A stretch of DNA of 64,000 nucleotides from an uncultured Acidobacteriota bacterium (GTDB taxonomy: Bacteria; Acidobacteriota; UBA6911). Location: NCBI GenBank assembly GCA_963843575.1, contig CAWJKZ010000025.1:192001-256000 (forward strand), read 5' to 3'. The notes under the pieces were generated by a model, which did not search any database, had not been told where the DNA came from, and worked only from the letters and a program-made list of their open reading frames with translations. Positions within the stretch are counted from its first letter, which is position 1, and each line of letters starts with the position of its first letter. The position numbers and the translations under genes are program-made. Of the stretch, positions 28,081 to 39,442 are shown in pieces.

Positions 28081-31000
28081 TCATGGCCGCACCGGCGGGC
28101 CAGAATGCATGAGGACAAACGGCTCGTAGAGCCCGTAACCGACGGTGGAGTACCGAGCACCCGGCGGCGGGCCGGGACTGGGGCCCTTCTGGAACATGGC
28201 GGGCCAGGCGGTCCCCAGCGCCGGGCTCCCGTGGTGCGGTCCAAGCGTGTTCTTGAGGGTGCCGACCACGGTCACCTCGACGACGTTCGCCCCGGGACGA
28301 ATCCATTTTGTGACGTCCAGCTCCCAGGGAGCCGAGAGCACCAGCCCGGCCACCTGCCCGTTGACCTTCACCCGCGCGACACTGCCGTACCAGCGCCCCA
28401 GCCGGACGCGGCACTCCGCCGGCGCCACCCCGAGCTTGAACTCCTCGGTGTAGGAGACCCCTTCTGCATAGAACGGCTGGCCCTGTTCGTTCCACGCCCC
28501 CAGCGCCAGCGCCCGATCGGCTGAGATCTCGAATCCGCTGTCGGCCGCGTCGAGCGCAAAGTCGCCGAGGATGTATACCGGCTCGAGCTCGTGGTAGATG
28601 GTGAAGGGCGCCGCCTTCAGGACGAGTTCGTTCTCGCCGACGCGCGCCTCGCGGCTGATGTCGATCTTCCCGAAGGCCCGGTCGAGCCACCACTCCCCCT
28701 CGCGCGCCTCAACGCGCCGGCCGTTGCACAAGACGGTGTACAGGTCGGGCCGTTCCACGACGGCCGTGAGCCGTGCGGGGACGCGATCCTTGATCGTGAA
28801 CCGGTAGATGGCCTCGACGCCGCTCCCAGCCGGAAACGTCCGTCGAGATCAGCTCATCCTTGAACTGCACGGCGCTGTCCCAGGGGTTCCTCTCCATTCC
28901 GTTGTTCTTGAAGGCGAACTGGGATGCCTGGTAGAAGTAGGTCTTTTCCCGCTTCTCACCGCCGGCGCGCACGTCGATGTAGTCGACGACGAGAACGTTG
29001 GGTCCGACCCGTCGCGACCTGTGGCGATCCTTCGGGCCTTTAGCTCGGTCAGTCTTGCGGCCGGTTCGGGGGCAGGGGCGCGCTCCGACCGCGAGAGGAA
29101 CAACAGCAGCGAGCCCGCCTCGGGCAGATCGAACCGGCAGCGCGTGCCCTGGCCCGTCCGTCTCAAAGGAGTACGGCCGGACAACGCCGGTGGCCGGATC
29201 CCACTGCTCGACGCCCAGGGCCGCGGATTCGACCTGGCCCGACGAGCGGGATCGGGTGCTGGTGTTGACCAGGAAGAGCAGTTCTCCATCCTCGAGCCGG
29301 CGGCGGTGATGGAACAGGATGCCGCCGTCCCCCGGCGCTCGTGCGATCGAGAAACCCGGCGGGGCCTGCGCCGCCAGCAGGGCCGGCAGCCTGGCCGCCT
29401 CCACTCTCCTCCATCCGGGCAGGCGCGCCAGTTCCGCCCCGCGGTCCGAGACCGCGCCGTCGATGCGCTCGGGCGGCGCGCCGCAGGCGAGGAGCGTCCC
29501 GCCGGCCTTCAGAAAACGCTCCAGCAGGTCGGACGTCGCGCCGTTCAGATTCTCGGTCATCGGCGGCAGCACGACGGTCGTGTAGTCGCGGCGCCCGACA
29601 CGCAGAAGGCGCCCCTGCACCGACCCGTGGCGTGCCATGACGTCCTCGCAACCGAGATCGTACTCGACCTGGGCGCGTTCAAGCTCCAGCACCAGCCGCT
29701 GGAACGACCCGCCGAGCTGTTCGAGTTCGGGAGGGTTCTTTCCCGCCGGCGTTGTACATCCAGGCAGTCGTGGTGGGTTCCAGCAGCAGCACGTCGTTGA
29801 CTTGTTCCCCCGCCGCCAGCGCGACCGAAAGCCGCGCGAAATAACCGGCCGACGCGTGATAGTCCTCCCACCACGGCTCGTGGTAGGAGAACGACTGGGG
29901 GTGGTCGCGCTTGCGCGCACCCCGGAGCGAGACATAGGACAGGTGCTGGTCGAGCGTGTTGATCCCGAGAACGTAGAGCCAGTCGCCGATGCGCTTCATG
30001 TCCTCGAAGCGCAGGTCCCACCCGCCGGCGCCGTAGCCTTCCGACAGGGTGCGCGCCCGGCCGAGCTGGTTGGCGACGCTCGACACCTCCTTCACGGCGC
30101 GCACGTTGCCGAACTGCGCGTGGGTCTCCTCGCTGTACTGGTTCATCAGGGTGTCGATGCCGGGGCGCTGCTGCCAGGCCGACATCGCCATGTTGTCGGG
30201 GACGCTGGCGCAGTTGGGCCACTCGTGCTCCCAGTAGTGGCCGGTGAATTCGATCCCGTTCTTCTGGCAGTACTCGTAGTACGGCCGCGCCCAGCGCTCG
30301 ATGAACTGCTCGAGCAGTACCTGATAATAGTTGTGCCGGACCTTCTTCCAGTCGCCGGCCGGGTCGCGCAGCGCGGGAAGGTGGGCGGTCAGCCCGTAAC
30401 CCCAGCGTTGCCGGAACAGCTCGGGGAGCCGTTCGGTCCACGGGAGGCCGCCGGCCGGGCGCAACTGGGGCTCGTCGGTGAAAACGCCGGGGACGAGCTT
30501 GCCGAACTGGCCGCCGATCTCGCGCTTGTAAGCGTCCATCGTGATCGCCAGGAACTTCTCGGTCACCCCGGGATAGAGGAGGTCGACATAGTACTTGCCC
30601 CCGTACCAAGGACCAGGATTGGCGCGCAGCAGCGACGCGACGACGTAATGCGCCGGCGGCAGCGTCACGCCCGCCTTCGCGTCGAGGCTGACATCCTCGT
30701 ACCCGGTTGCGTCGGCACGGAACACCGCCAGGGTGTCTTTGCCCCAGCGCGGAGCCTCATCGTCCTTCAGCCCGAGTCCGCGCCCGCGCGCTTCGGGCAT
30801 CGCGTCCGGTACGAACCCGCCCGCAAACCCCGACGGGTAGGAGTTCTCGTCGTAGATCCACAATTTCATGCCCAGGCGGGCCGCCTCGTCCAGCGCGACC
30901 TTCCACAGCCTGAACCACTCGGGCGACAAATACGGCGTCATCAGGCCGGGGCGGGGGTGCACGAAAACCTGCTTGACCCGCTGGGCTGCAAGCTGACGGA

Positions 31001-31190
31001 TCGTGCCGAGCACCATGTCATCGGTCAGCATGTCGTTCCAGACCCACAGCGGGGCGGAACTGTATTCGGGCGGCGGATCAGCGAAGACCTGACGCACGCG
31101 CGCGGAGTTGTCCGCCGCAAATGTCGTTCCCGACAGCATCATCAGAAACAGCACCAGGTTGCCCTTCATAGCACCCTCGCTATCGGACAA
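28081..31190 (-). CDS. GH106-like (alpha-L-rhamnosidase-like) glycoside hydrolase, frameshifted
   Basis: FADPPPEYSSAPLWVWND, HPRPGL.TPYLS.EW, WIYDENSYPSGFAGG, FTDEP, EGYGAGGW; continues in ORFs 28709-29935 and 28081-28758. Confidence 0.78.
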
Positions 31191-31299
31191 AGTGGGCCGC
31201 GGCGGCCCGACGCGGCCCCAAGGATCCTGCTGATACCGTGGCCTTCGGCTTCATCCGTGCCGGCAGGTCACCCGCAGGTGGGAGCGGGCCACCCCCACC

Positions 31300-32298
31300 C
31301 TACTCTTCCTTCAGGGAGCGCTCCATCAGTTCGCGGATGGCCTCGCGCGGCGAGATGTCCGCTTCCAGGATGCGATCGACCTGGTGCGTGATCGGCACCT
31401 CCACCCCGTGCTTCTCTGCCAGCCGGACGGTGGCCTTGGTCGTCTTGATCCCCTCGGCGACCATGCGCATGGAGGCGACGATGTCGGCCAGTTTCTCGCC
31501 CCGCCCGAGTTCCATCCCGACCATGCGGTTGCGACTGAGGTCGCCGGTGCACGTCAGGGCAAGATCCCCCATGCCGGCCAGCCCCGACATGGTTTCGCGG
31601 CGCGCCCCGCAGGCGCAGGCGAGCCGGGTTATCTCCGCCAGCCCGCGGGTCAGCAGGGCCGCCGTGGGGTTGTGGCCGAGGCCCAACCCGTGGATCACTC
31701 CTGCGGCGATCGCGATGACGTTCTTGACGGCGCCGCCGAGCTCCACCCCTGTCACGTCCGACGAGGAGTACAGCCGCAGGGTGGTCGAGGAGAACTCCCG
31801 CTGCACCAAGGCGGCCAGATGCCGCTCGGCCGCGGCAACGACCACCGCCGTCGGGTCGCCCCGCGCTACCTCCCGCGCAAAGCTGGGGCCGGAAAGGACC
31901 GATAGGTGCGGCTCGAATCGTTCGCGCACAACCGCACGGATGACTTCGCTCATCCGCATCAGGCTCTCGGTCTCGAGCCCTTTCGTGGCGCTGACAAAAA
32001 CCATCTCCGGACTCAGGTGGGGGAGCATCTGCCGGAAAAGTCCGCGGCAGACGTGCGAGGGCATCACGGTAAGGACGATGTCGGCCCCCGCGAGCGCCTC
32101 ACCCAGGTCGGTCGTGGTCGTCACGCTCGGCGGGATGGCCATTCCGGGCATGTAGAGCTCGTTTTCCCGGCGCAGCCGCACGCTCTCCACAACCTCGCGC
32201 TCGAATCCCCAGAGCCGCACCGGACGCCCCTTGCGCGCCAGCGCAATGGCCAGCGCCGTCCCCCAGTTTCCGGCGCCGATGATCGCAATCTGTTTCAT
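31300..32298 (-). CDS. gpsA: NAD(P)H-dependent glycerol-3-phosphate dehydrogenase
   Basis: IIGAGNWGTALA, SATKGLE, LSGPSFAREV, GGAVKNVIAIAAG, GMGDLALTC..SRN. Confidence 0.96.
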   Translation of the reverse strand: MKQIAIIGAGNWGTALAIALARKGRPVRLWGFEREVVESVRLRRENELYMPGMAIPPSVTTTTDLGEALAGADIVLTVMPSHVCRGLFRQMLPHLSPEMVFVSATKGLETESLMRMSEVIRAVVRERFEPHLSVLSGPSFAREVARGDPTAVVVAAAERHLAALVQREFSSTTLRLYSSSDVTGVELGGAVKNVIAIAAGVIHGLGLGHNPTAALLTRGLAEITRLACACGARRETMSGLAGMGDLALTCTGDLSRNRMVGMELGRGEKLADIVASMRMVAEGIKTTKATVRLAEKHGVEVPITHQVDRILEADISPREAIRELMERSLKEE

Positions 32299-32426
32299 GG
32301 CGTGGTCCCGTCTGTGCGCGACGATTATAGGCGGATCGCCCGGCGCGGCGATATGGCTAACTCGCCGGTGCAATCGGACCGGCGCTCCAGTATTATGTTG
32401 CCGTCTACAACCGAACCGGAGGCACT

Positions 32427-33021
32427 ATGGCATCGAGAGTAGAGGCAGCAGCGGCGATTTCCCTCGCAGTACTTTCCCTGGCGCTCGTGGCCGGATCCAA
32501 CTCCGCGGCCCGGGCACAGAGCCAATCCCACCGTCGTCATAGAAACGAATCGCGGAAACATCACCGTCGAACTGTTTCAGGACAAGGCCCCCAAGTCGGT
32601 CGAGAATTTCCTCGCCTACGCCAAGATGGGGTTTTACAAGGGGACCATCTTTCACCGCGTGATCAAGGGCTTCATGATCCAGGGGGGCGGCTTCGCCGAA
32701 GACATGAAGAGAAAACCTACCCTGCCCCCGATCGCCAACGAGGCGGGCAACGGCCTGAAGAACAAACGCGGCACCCTGGCGATGGCACGCACGGGTGAAG
32801 TCAACAGCGCGACCGCGCAGTTCTTCATCAATACCGTAGACAACGGCCCGCTCGACCACCGCGGCGCCGCACCTGCCGAATTCGGCTACGCCGTCTTCGG
32901 CAAGGTGACCGCAGGAATGGACGTGGTCGAGCAGATCGAGGGCGTCCCGACGGGATCCAAGGGCTCCTACAACAACGTCCCGCTGCAGCCGATCATCATC
33001 AAGGACGTCAAAATAAAGTAG
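32427..33021 (+). CDS. ppiA: Periplasmic cyclophilin-type peptidyl-prolyl isomerase (frameshift near 32515)
   Basis: Signal peptide, then NPTVVIETNRGNITVELF..FYKGTIFHRVIKGFMIQGGG..GTLAMART..SATAQFFIN..YAVFGKV. Confidence 0.88.
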
Positions 33022-33177
33022 CCGGGAGCCGGGAGCGGTTTCAGGGTTGGGAGGATAGGATGGCTCGCGTGTAGGCGTTCAGTTTCCGGCTTAGCACTGA
33101 TGTTCACAAGTACGCTAAAGTATTTTTCAGGAATCTGCGTTCTGTTTTGGCTTTTGTTTTTCATCGCCCGTGTTGGG

Positions 33178-33305
33178 ACCGTATTTGAGATCCTGAGAAG
33201 GATAAGATAGTAGCGGCACTCTTCAAGAGAGCTCTCGGCCATGTTCATGAAGCGGGCCTTGTCGGGCTTGCCGCGGCGCGCGAACCCCTCCGCTATGTTG
33301 GCAGG
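33178..33305 (-). pseudogene. Four-helix-bundle protein (23S rRNA IVP family) remnant
   Basis: PANIAEGFARRGKPDKARFMNMAESSLEECRYYLIL, N-terminus absent. Confidence 0.65.
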
Positions 33306-33374
33306 CTTATTTCGTATGGCTTCTTATTTCCCGCGAAGGTATAACGCGTCCATCCGCTTCTTGGGGATGGGATC

Positions 33375-34013
33375 TTGCTGCAATTAATCGAACGAGTCGG
33401 CCAGTACCTGATCTACCTGGGCGTCCCCGGGGTGTTTCTCATCGCACTGCTGGACTCCGCCGCTGTTCCCATGGTGGGCGGCCCGGACGCGGTGGTGTTG
33501 CTGCTGTCCTGGCGCAATCCCTCGCAGGTGCCGCTCATCGTGCTGGCAGCCGCCCTGGGGTCGACGGTCGGCTGCATCATCCTCTACCGTGTCGGAATGG
33601 CGGGAGGGAAAGCGGCGCTGGCGCGCTTTTCACCCGGGCGACGCGAGCGCATCGAGCGCCTGATCGAGAGGAACGCCGCCTGGGCGGTCTTCACGGCGGT
33701 CGCGATGCCTCCTCCGTTCCCGACCAAGGCGGTGATCCTGGCCGCCGGCGCGTTCCGCACCCCGATGGCGACGTACGCGTCGGCCGTCGCCCTGGCGCGC
33801 CTCTTGCGCTACGGCCTCATCGCCTGGCTCGGCGCCCGCTTCGGCGACGAGGCTGCCGGCATGATCAGGGAACACTATCTCCTGATCGTCGGGGTCCTGC
33901 TGGCGCTGGCCGCCATCTTCATCCTGGCCCGGCAGTGGCGCACGCGCGGCGCCCGGCGGGCGGCAAAAGCGCGCGCCGAGGAAACGACGCCCCCCACTCA
34001 ACCCCTCGGCTGA
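33375..34013 (+). CDS. YqaA/DedA (VTT) family membrane protein
   Basis: GVFLIALLDSAAVPMVGGPD, LGSTVG, MPPPFPTK, ARLLRYG. Confidence 0.85.
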   Translation: MLQLIERVGQYLIYLGVPGVFLIALLDSAAVPMVGGPDAVVLLLSWRNPSQVPLIVLAAALGSTVGCIILYRVGMAGGKAALARFSPGRRERIERLIERNAAWAVFTAVAMPPPFPTKAVILAAGAFRTPMATYASAVALARLLRYGLIAWLGARFGDEAAGMIREHYLLIVGVLLALAAIFILARQWRTRGARRAAKARAEETTPPTQPLG

Positions 34014-34612
34014 CCCTCCTTGAACAGGCGGCTCATCTCCCTGAACCGGGGGTGGTCTTTGTGGCGCGCCCATTCGAACCCGGTCGACTCGTGGTTCGTC
34101 AGAACCGCCCCCGCCTGCATCATCCGTTCCAGGGCGTGACGCCGGTACTCGGCGCCGCGCCCGCTCACGCAGTCCCAGCACACATAGACCCGGTTGCGGC
34201 GCCTCAGTAGTTCAACGACGGTCTGCAGGACGCAGACGTGCGCCTCGATCCCCGCGACCACGACCTGGCGCCGCTCCGGTTCGAGCCCCGGGCGCAGGTC
34301 CGCGAGTGCCCCGTCGAACTGGGGAACACCGCAACAGCCGAAGGCCGTCTTGTCCACGTACCTTCGGGGCGTGGTGAGTGCCTCGAATGCAGCCCGGATC
34401 TCCGGGTGTGTGGGGCCGAGGCCCGTAGGGTATTGTTCGGTCAGGACGACCGGTACCTCGAACAGGCCCGCCAGCCTGATAAGGCGAACGGTGGCCTCGA
34501 CCACGAGAGCGGGGCGCTCGATCATCTCCATCAGCTTGCCCTGAAGATCGATCACCGCCACGATGCTCCGATCCGCTTCCAGGAGTTCCATCGCGTCTCC
34601 TTCGGCGTGCAA
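33998..34612 (-). CDS. Isochorismatase family hydrolase
   Basis: VIDLQGKL, TEQYPTGLGPT, DKTAFGC, AGIEAHVCVLQT. Confidence 0.9.
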   Translation of the reverse strand: MHAEGDAMELLEADRSIVAVIDLQGKLMEMIERPALVVEATVRLIRLAGLFEVPVVLTEQYPTGLGPTHPEIRAAFEALTTPRRYVDKTAFGCCGVPQFDGALADLRPGLEPERRQVVVAGIEAHVCVLQTVVELLRRRNRVYVCWDCVSGRGAEYRRHALERMMQAGAVLTNHESTGFEWARHKDHPRFREMSRLFKEGQPRG

Positions 34613-34755
34613 CGATGTTGACGACGCCGCGTTGTCGACCGAATATATACGAGATTGTCGAGACAGGCTCGGGCATTTCCCGTTGGCGGGCAGCGCCGGC
34701 CCCTGAGGATCCGGGGCGGGGTCGGGCCGCCCCCGCCCACTCGAGAGGAGGGCGT

Positions 34756-35709
34756 ATGGGTGTGGGTCGGTTTACGCGCAGGCAGTTTGCCGGGCTCTCA
34801 GCCGCGGGGGTGGCCGGCCTGTGCTTTGCGCGCGGCGCAGCCGCAGACCTCAACCCAGCGGCGCGGCGCTTCAAGCTGGGGGTCACCACCGACGAGATCG
34901 CCGCCGACCTCGAAACCGCGCTGCGCTTCCTGGGGGAGTTCGGCCTGGAGTGGGCGGAGATCCGCAACCTCTGGGGCACGTATGTGACGGACCTGCCGCC
35001 GGCCGACGTCCGGAAAGCGCGCAGGCTGCTGGACGGGGCGAAGATCCGGTTGTCGGTGCTCGACACGGCCCTTTACAAGTGTGCGCTCCCCGGCCTGAAG
35101 CTTGCGGGCAGCATGCGCGACGACTACCCGTACGAACAGCAGGATGCGCTGCTCGGGCGCGCACTCGAACGGGCCGAGATCCTCGGGACGCGCTTGATCC
35201 GTATCTTCGCGTTCTGGCGCGCGGAGGACGGGGAAGCCGCCTGGCCCCGCGCGGTCGAGCACCTCGGCCGCGCCGCCGATCGCGCTCGTGCCGCCGGTTG
35301 CGTTCTGCTGGTGGAGAACGTCAACGGCGGGCTGGTGGAGACCTCGGCGGAGTGCGCCCGGCTGCTCGCAGCCGTGCCGTCGCCGGCACTTGGTCTCGCC
35401 TGGGATCCCAACAACGCCTACTGCGCCCCCGAGGTGCCCTTCCCCGACGGCTACGCTTTGCTGGACAGGAAAAGGGTGCACCACATCCACCTCCGCGACG
35501 CGCGGCGCAACACGACGACGGGAAGGTGCGAGTGGGTCCCGACGGGAAAAGGGGAAATCGACAATACAGGGCTGCTGAGGACCCTCGTCAGGGAACGATA
35601 CCAGGGCACCCTGACACTCGAAACGCACTACCAGAGACCCGACCGCAACAAGGAACTCGCGACCCGCGAATCCCTGCAAGGCCTGCTGGAGATCATCGCG
35701 CGCGTGTAA
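34756..35709 (+). CDS. Tat-exported sugar phosphate isomerase/epimerase (xylose isomerase-like TIM barrel)
   Basis: TRRQFAG Tat motif; VENV, WDPNN, HIHLRD, LTLETH. Confidence 0.85.
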   Translation: MGVGRFTRRQFAGLSAAGVAGLCFARGAAADLNPAARRFKLGVTTDEIAADLETALRFLGEFGLEWAEIRNLWGTYVTDLPPADVRKARRLLDGAKIRLSVLDTALYKCALPGLKLAGSMRDDYPYEQQDALLGRALERAEILGTRLIRIFAFWRAEDGEAAWPRAVEHLGRAADRARAAGCVLLVENVNGGLVETSAECARLLAAVPSPALGLAWDPNNAYCAPEVPFPDGYALLDRKRVHHIHLRDARRNTTTGRCEWVPTGKGEIDNTGLLRTLVRERYQGTLTLETHYQRPDRNKELATRESLQGLLEIIARV

Positions 35710-35711
35710 GG

Positions 35712-35800
35712 TCAAGTGGGCAAGTGGGCCGCGGCGGCGCAGTGGGCTGCGGCGGCTCGACGCGGCCCTGCGGGGCGGGGTCGGGCCTTCCCCGCCCACC
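35712..35800. repeat. REP family B cluster
   Basis: CAAGTGGGCAAGTGGGCCGCGGCGG..GTGGGCTGCGGCGGCTCGACGCGGCCC..CCCGCCCAC. Confidence 0.7.
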
Positions 35801-35805
35801 TGGCT

Positions 35806-37185
35806 TCACTCCACCGTGATGGCCCCCAAGTCGTACCAGCCGTCGGGCTGGCGGCCTTCCATGGCGAGCCGGATGGCTGGCCGCCCGGTTCTCGGGTCCA
35901 CCAGGGCGACGGCAATCCTGTGCTGCCCCGGCGGGAGGGACCCGTCCACGTAGAGTGTCCCTTCGTACACCGCATCGCCCGGCAGCCACTTGCGCACGTC
36001 CACGGGCACCTGCACAGCGGCGTCCCCGATCCTCATCATCAGACGGTGCTCGCGGTATACCGGCGCCACCCCGGCGTTGAACCACCACATTTTGACGGGC
36101 AGCATGCGGTTCGCCTTCACCTTTGCAGGGTATTCGAAGCGGCGCAGCATGTACCGATAGCCGATCTGCTTCTGAAACTGTTCGAAATCCTTCTTCCACT
36201 CGTCCGGGATCTTCGTAGATTTCAGATTGATCGTCGACGCGTGCCAGCGCAGTGCCTGATCCAGGATCGGTTTCAGCTCGTAGTTCATCTGTTTCCATGA
36301 ACCCGGCGTGCCGCACACCTCCAGGGACACGGGCCAACGCCGCCAGATATCCTCGAGCCCGCCGCGCGCGATCTGCTGCGGGTACATGTCGAGCATGTGG
36401 GCGAAATTCCGGCCGGGGCGTCCCATGTCGCCCCAGCAGTCCAGGCGCCAGCCGGCGCCCCGCTCGCAGCCGTAGACCAGGGCAGTCGGCTCGTCGAAAT
36501 TCGTCAGCAGCGGTGTCCGGGTGAAGGCCTTGAAGTACAGGTCGAGCAGTTCCTTCTGCACCGGCCAGGCCGGCAGGTAGGGTCCCCAGCCTTCGCCCCA
36601 GTAGCCGACGGTCGAAATGTCCACGGTGTCCAGATACGGATGCCCGTCGTAGCGGCTGCCCGCTTCCAGGATGAGGGCGCTCCAGTATTTCACATATGCG
36701 GGATCGTCCGCGTCGGGGGACCAGACCTTGCCATCCTGGTCTTCGGGCTTGTTGGCCCGGCGCGCGCCCGAATTGCGGTACCACTCGGGCATCGGGTTCC
36801 CCTGGTCGTAGGGCATGAGCCTGATGTTCAGGGCTTGACCGTGTTTGCGCGCCTCGTCGAGGGCGGAGTCCAGGATGTCCCAGCGGTATTTGCCGCGCTC
36901 CGGTTCAAGCTGCCACCAGAACCAGCGCAGGTAGGCAACCGAGGAGCCGGGAAAGTCCACCGGGCCTGCTGCGTCAGCGACGGGGCCCTCCGGCCCGACC
37001 TCGGACCAGCGCAGGCCGGGATAAATCGCCTGCCCGTTGAAGCGCTGAAACGTCTGGATACCCATGCCCGGGTTGACGAGCACATCGTTGATTTCTTTGG
37101 GCCGCACGATGACGTTGGGCCCTTGCTGCTGCCCAAACACCACCACCGCCATCCCCCACAGCACCAGGAACCGCGCGTGTTTCAT
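35806..37185 (-). CDS. DUF4832-containing glycoside-hydrolase-like TIM barrel protein
   Basis: LVNPGMG, YLRWFWWQLEPERGKYRW, GYWGEG, WRLDCWGD, IGYRY, NAGVAPVY. Confidence 0.75.
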   Translation of the reverse strand: MKHARFLVLWGMAVVVFGQQQGPNVIVRPKEINDVLVNPGMGIQTFQRFNGQAIYPGLRWSEVGPEGPVADAAGPVDFPGSSVAYLRWFWWQLEPERGKYRWDILDSALDEARKHGQALNIRLMPYDQGNPMPEWYRNSGARRANKPEDQDGKVWSPDADDPAYVKYWSALILEAGSRYDGHPYLDTVDISTVGYWGEGWGPYLPAWPVQKELLDLYFKAFTRTPLLTNFDEPTALVYGCERGAGWRLDCWGDMGRPGRNFAHMLDMYPQQIARGGLEDIWRRWPVSLEVCGTPGSWKQMNYELKPILDQALRWHASTINLKSTKIPDEWKKDFEQFQKQIGYRYMLRRFEYPAKVKANRMLPVKMWWFNAGVAPVYREHRLMMRIGDAAVQVPVDVRKWLPGDAVYEGTLYVDGSLPPGQHRIAVALVDPRTGRPAIRLAMEGRQPDGWYDLGAITVE

Positions 37186-37224
37186 TTGTGCCCCTCGAGG
37201 TTCGAGTCTTCGAGTCGAAAACGA

Positions 37225-39327
37225 TCAGGGAAGCGCGAAAGCGACATAGGAGCCGCCCGAAGGCGCACCGGACTTGCCGCCCCCCGCCGCGATCACCACG
37301 TACTGCCGCCCGCCGACCTCGTAGGTCGCCGGCGTTGCGTTGCCGGCCGCGGGCAGGGTTGTTTCCCAGAGCAGCTGGCCTGTGGACTTGTCGAACGCGT
37401 GGAACTTTCTGTCGTGGTTCGTGGCCCCGATAAAAAGGAGCCCGCCGGCGGTGACGACGGCGCCGCCGTAGTTTTCCGTCCCGGTGTTGCGCAGTCCCCT
37501 GGCCGCCAGCTCGGGAAACTCGCCGAACGGGATCTTCCACGCGAACACGCCGGTGTCGAGGTTGATGGCGTTGAGGGTGCCCCAGGGCGGCTCGATCGCG
37601 GGATAGCCTTCGGGATCGAGGAACTTGTTGTACCCGTCGGTCGTGTACTTCAGGTCGAGGGGCGACGGTGCATTCGACGCAACCGCCGACACCTGGTCGC
37701 CGCGGGCAAGATACCGTGTGATGGCGCCGGCGGCCGATGGCTGCAGGTTGTCGAAACCCGGCATGCGGCCGCTCCCGTCGCGGATGATCTCCGTGATGCG
37801 GGCCTCCGGGTATTTGGCTCCGATCCCCGTCAAGGCGGGGAACTCGGGCGGGGTGCCCCGCAGGTCCTCCCGGTGGCAGCTGGCGCAGTGCCTGGCGTAC
37901 AGTTCTCTGCCGGTGGCGAGCGGCTTCGCCGCCGGCACCGGCACGAGCCGGAGCACCCACGCCATTTCGTTCGAGTTCACATAGAGCAGGTGGGTCTCGG
38001 GGTCGAAGGCATTTCCGCCCCACTCTCCCCCGCCGTCGAATCCCGGGAAGATGATGGTCCCTTCCCGGCTCGGCGGCGTGAACTGGCCACCGCTGCGCAG
38101 CGAGCGGAAGCGCTCGATTGCGGTTCGGTGCGCCTCGGGGGTGCGGCGTGTCAGCATCTCCTCGGTCAGCTGCTGACGCGCGAACGGCGGGGGCGACCCG
38201 GGGATCGGCTGGTGGGTGGCCAGCAACTCGCCGTCGACGTCCGAGGGCGGCACCTCGCGGTTTTCGACCGGGAAGAGCGGCCTGCCGGTTTCGCGGTCGA
38301 GGACATACACGTGCCCCGACTTGGTGACCTGCGCGACCGCATCGATGGTGCGACCGTCCCGGCGCACCTGAACGAGGCTGGGGGGCGACGGAAAGTCGCG
38401 ATCCCACACGTCGTGTCTCACGGCCTGAAAGTGCCAGACGCGCTCCCCGGTTTCGGCCTTCAGGGTGAGGAGGCAGTTCGCGAAGAGGTCGTCACCGTGG
38501 CGGTTGGCGCCGTAAAAGTCGAAAGCCGCCGACCCGGTCGGAACGAACACGAGGCCCCGTCGCTCGTCGAGCGCCATGCCGCACCAGTTGTTGGCCCCTC
38601 CCGCGTACTGCCAGGCGTCCGCGGGCCAGGTCTCGTACCCGAACTCGCCGGGGTGCGGGATCGTGTGAAAGCTCCACCGCAACCTGCCCGTGCGCAGTTC
38701 GTAGGCGCGGATATCGCCGGGAGCGGAGGGGAGCCCTTCGCTCACCAGGCTGCCAACGATAAGGAGATCGCGAAAAACCACCCCGGGAGTCGTCAGGGTG
38801 ACGCTGAGCGAAGCCGGATCGCGCCCAAGGCCTTCCCGAAGGTCGATCTTGCCGGCCGTGCCGAACCCTGCCACCGGCCGGCCGGTCCCGGCATCGAGCG
38901 CCCAGAGATCGTGGCCGGCGCCGAAATAGATGCGCCGCTCCGTGCCGTCGCTCCAGTGGACGAGCCCCCGCCCCCGTTGCCGGTTCCTGACCTCGCGCCC
39001 TTGGAAGGGATCGAAGCTCCAGCGCAGGGTTCCCCGCGCGGCGTCCAGCGCGATCACCCGCAGCTTGGGAGTGGTAGCGTACAGCGTGCCGTCCACCACG
39101 ATGGGGTTGCACTGCATCTCGGATCCCTGAAAGGCGTCGCCCGTATCGAAGGCCCACGCCTGCCGCAGGCCGGACACGTTGCCGCGATCGATCCGGTCGA
39201 GCCGCGAGTAGCGGATCTGATCCGAACCCCCGCCGTAGACCGACCAGCCGCGGTAGGCCGCACCGCGCTGCATGCAGGCGCACGCCAGAACCGTACCGAG
39301 CAGACAGAGGCCCTTCGCCAGTCTCAT
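37225..39327 (-). CDS. PQQ-dependent (glucose-type) dehydrogenase with inserted cytochrome c domain
   Basis: [46 protein letters not shown] heme motif, [18 protein letters not shown]. Confidence 0.9.
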   Translation of the reverse strand: MRLAKGLCLLGTVLACACMQRGAAYRGWSVYGGGSDQIRYSRLDRIDRGNVSGLRQAWAFDTGDAFQGSEMQCNPIVVDGTLYATTPKLRVIALDAARGTLRWSFDPFQGREVRNRQRGRGLVHWSDGTERRIYFGAGHDLWALDAGTGRPVAGFGTAGKIDLREGLGRDPASLSVTLTTPGVVFRDLLIVGSLVSEGLPSAPGDIRAYELRTGRLRWSFHTIPHPGEFGYETWPADAWQYAGGANNWCGMALDERRGLVFVPTGSAAFDFYGANRHGDDLFANCLLTLKAETGERVWHFQAVRHDVWDRDFPSPPSLVQVRRDGRTIDAVAQVTKSGHVYVLDRETGRPLFPVENREVPPSDVDGELLATHQPIPGSPPPFARQQLTEEMLTRRTPEAHRTAIERFRSLRSGGQFTPPSREGTIIFPGFDGGGEWGGNAFDPETHLLYVNSNEMAWVLRLVPVPAAKPLATGRELYARHCASCHREDLRGTPPEFPALTGIGAKYPEARITEIIRDGSGRMPGFDNLQPSAAGAITRYLARGDQVSAVASNAPSPLDLKYTTDGYNKFLDPEGYPAIEPPWGTLNAINLDTGVFAWKIPFGEFPELAARGLRNTGTENYGGAVVTAGGLLFIGATNHDRKFHAFDKSTGQLLWETTLPAAGNATPATYEVGGRQYVVIAAGGGKSGAPSGGSYVAFALP

Positions 39328-39442
39328 CGCAGCCCCACTGTATCACGCATTCAAAATAATGATGCGCTGGAGCAGCGTGTTTCGGGAATAATTACTCCGA
39401 GGCTCGCGTCCTGCGTGGCGAGTTCCCAGCGGTTAACCGGAG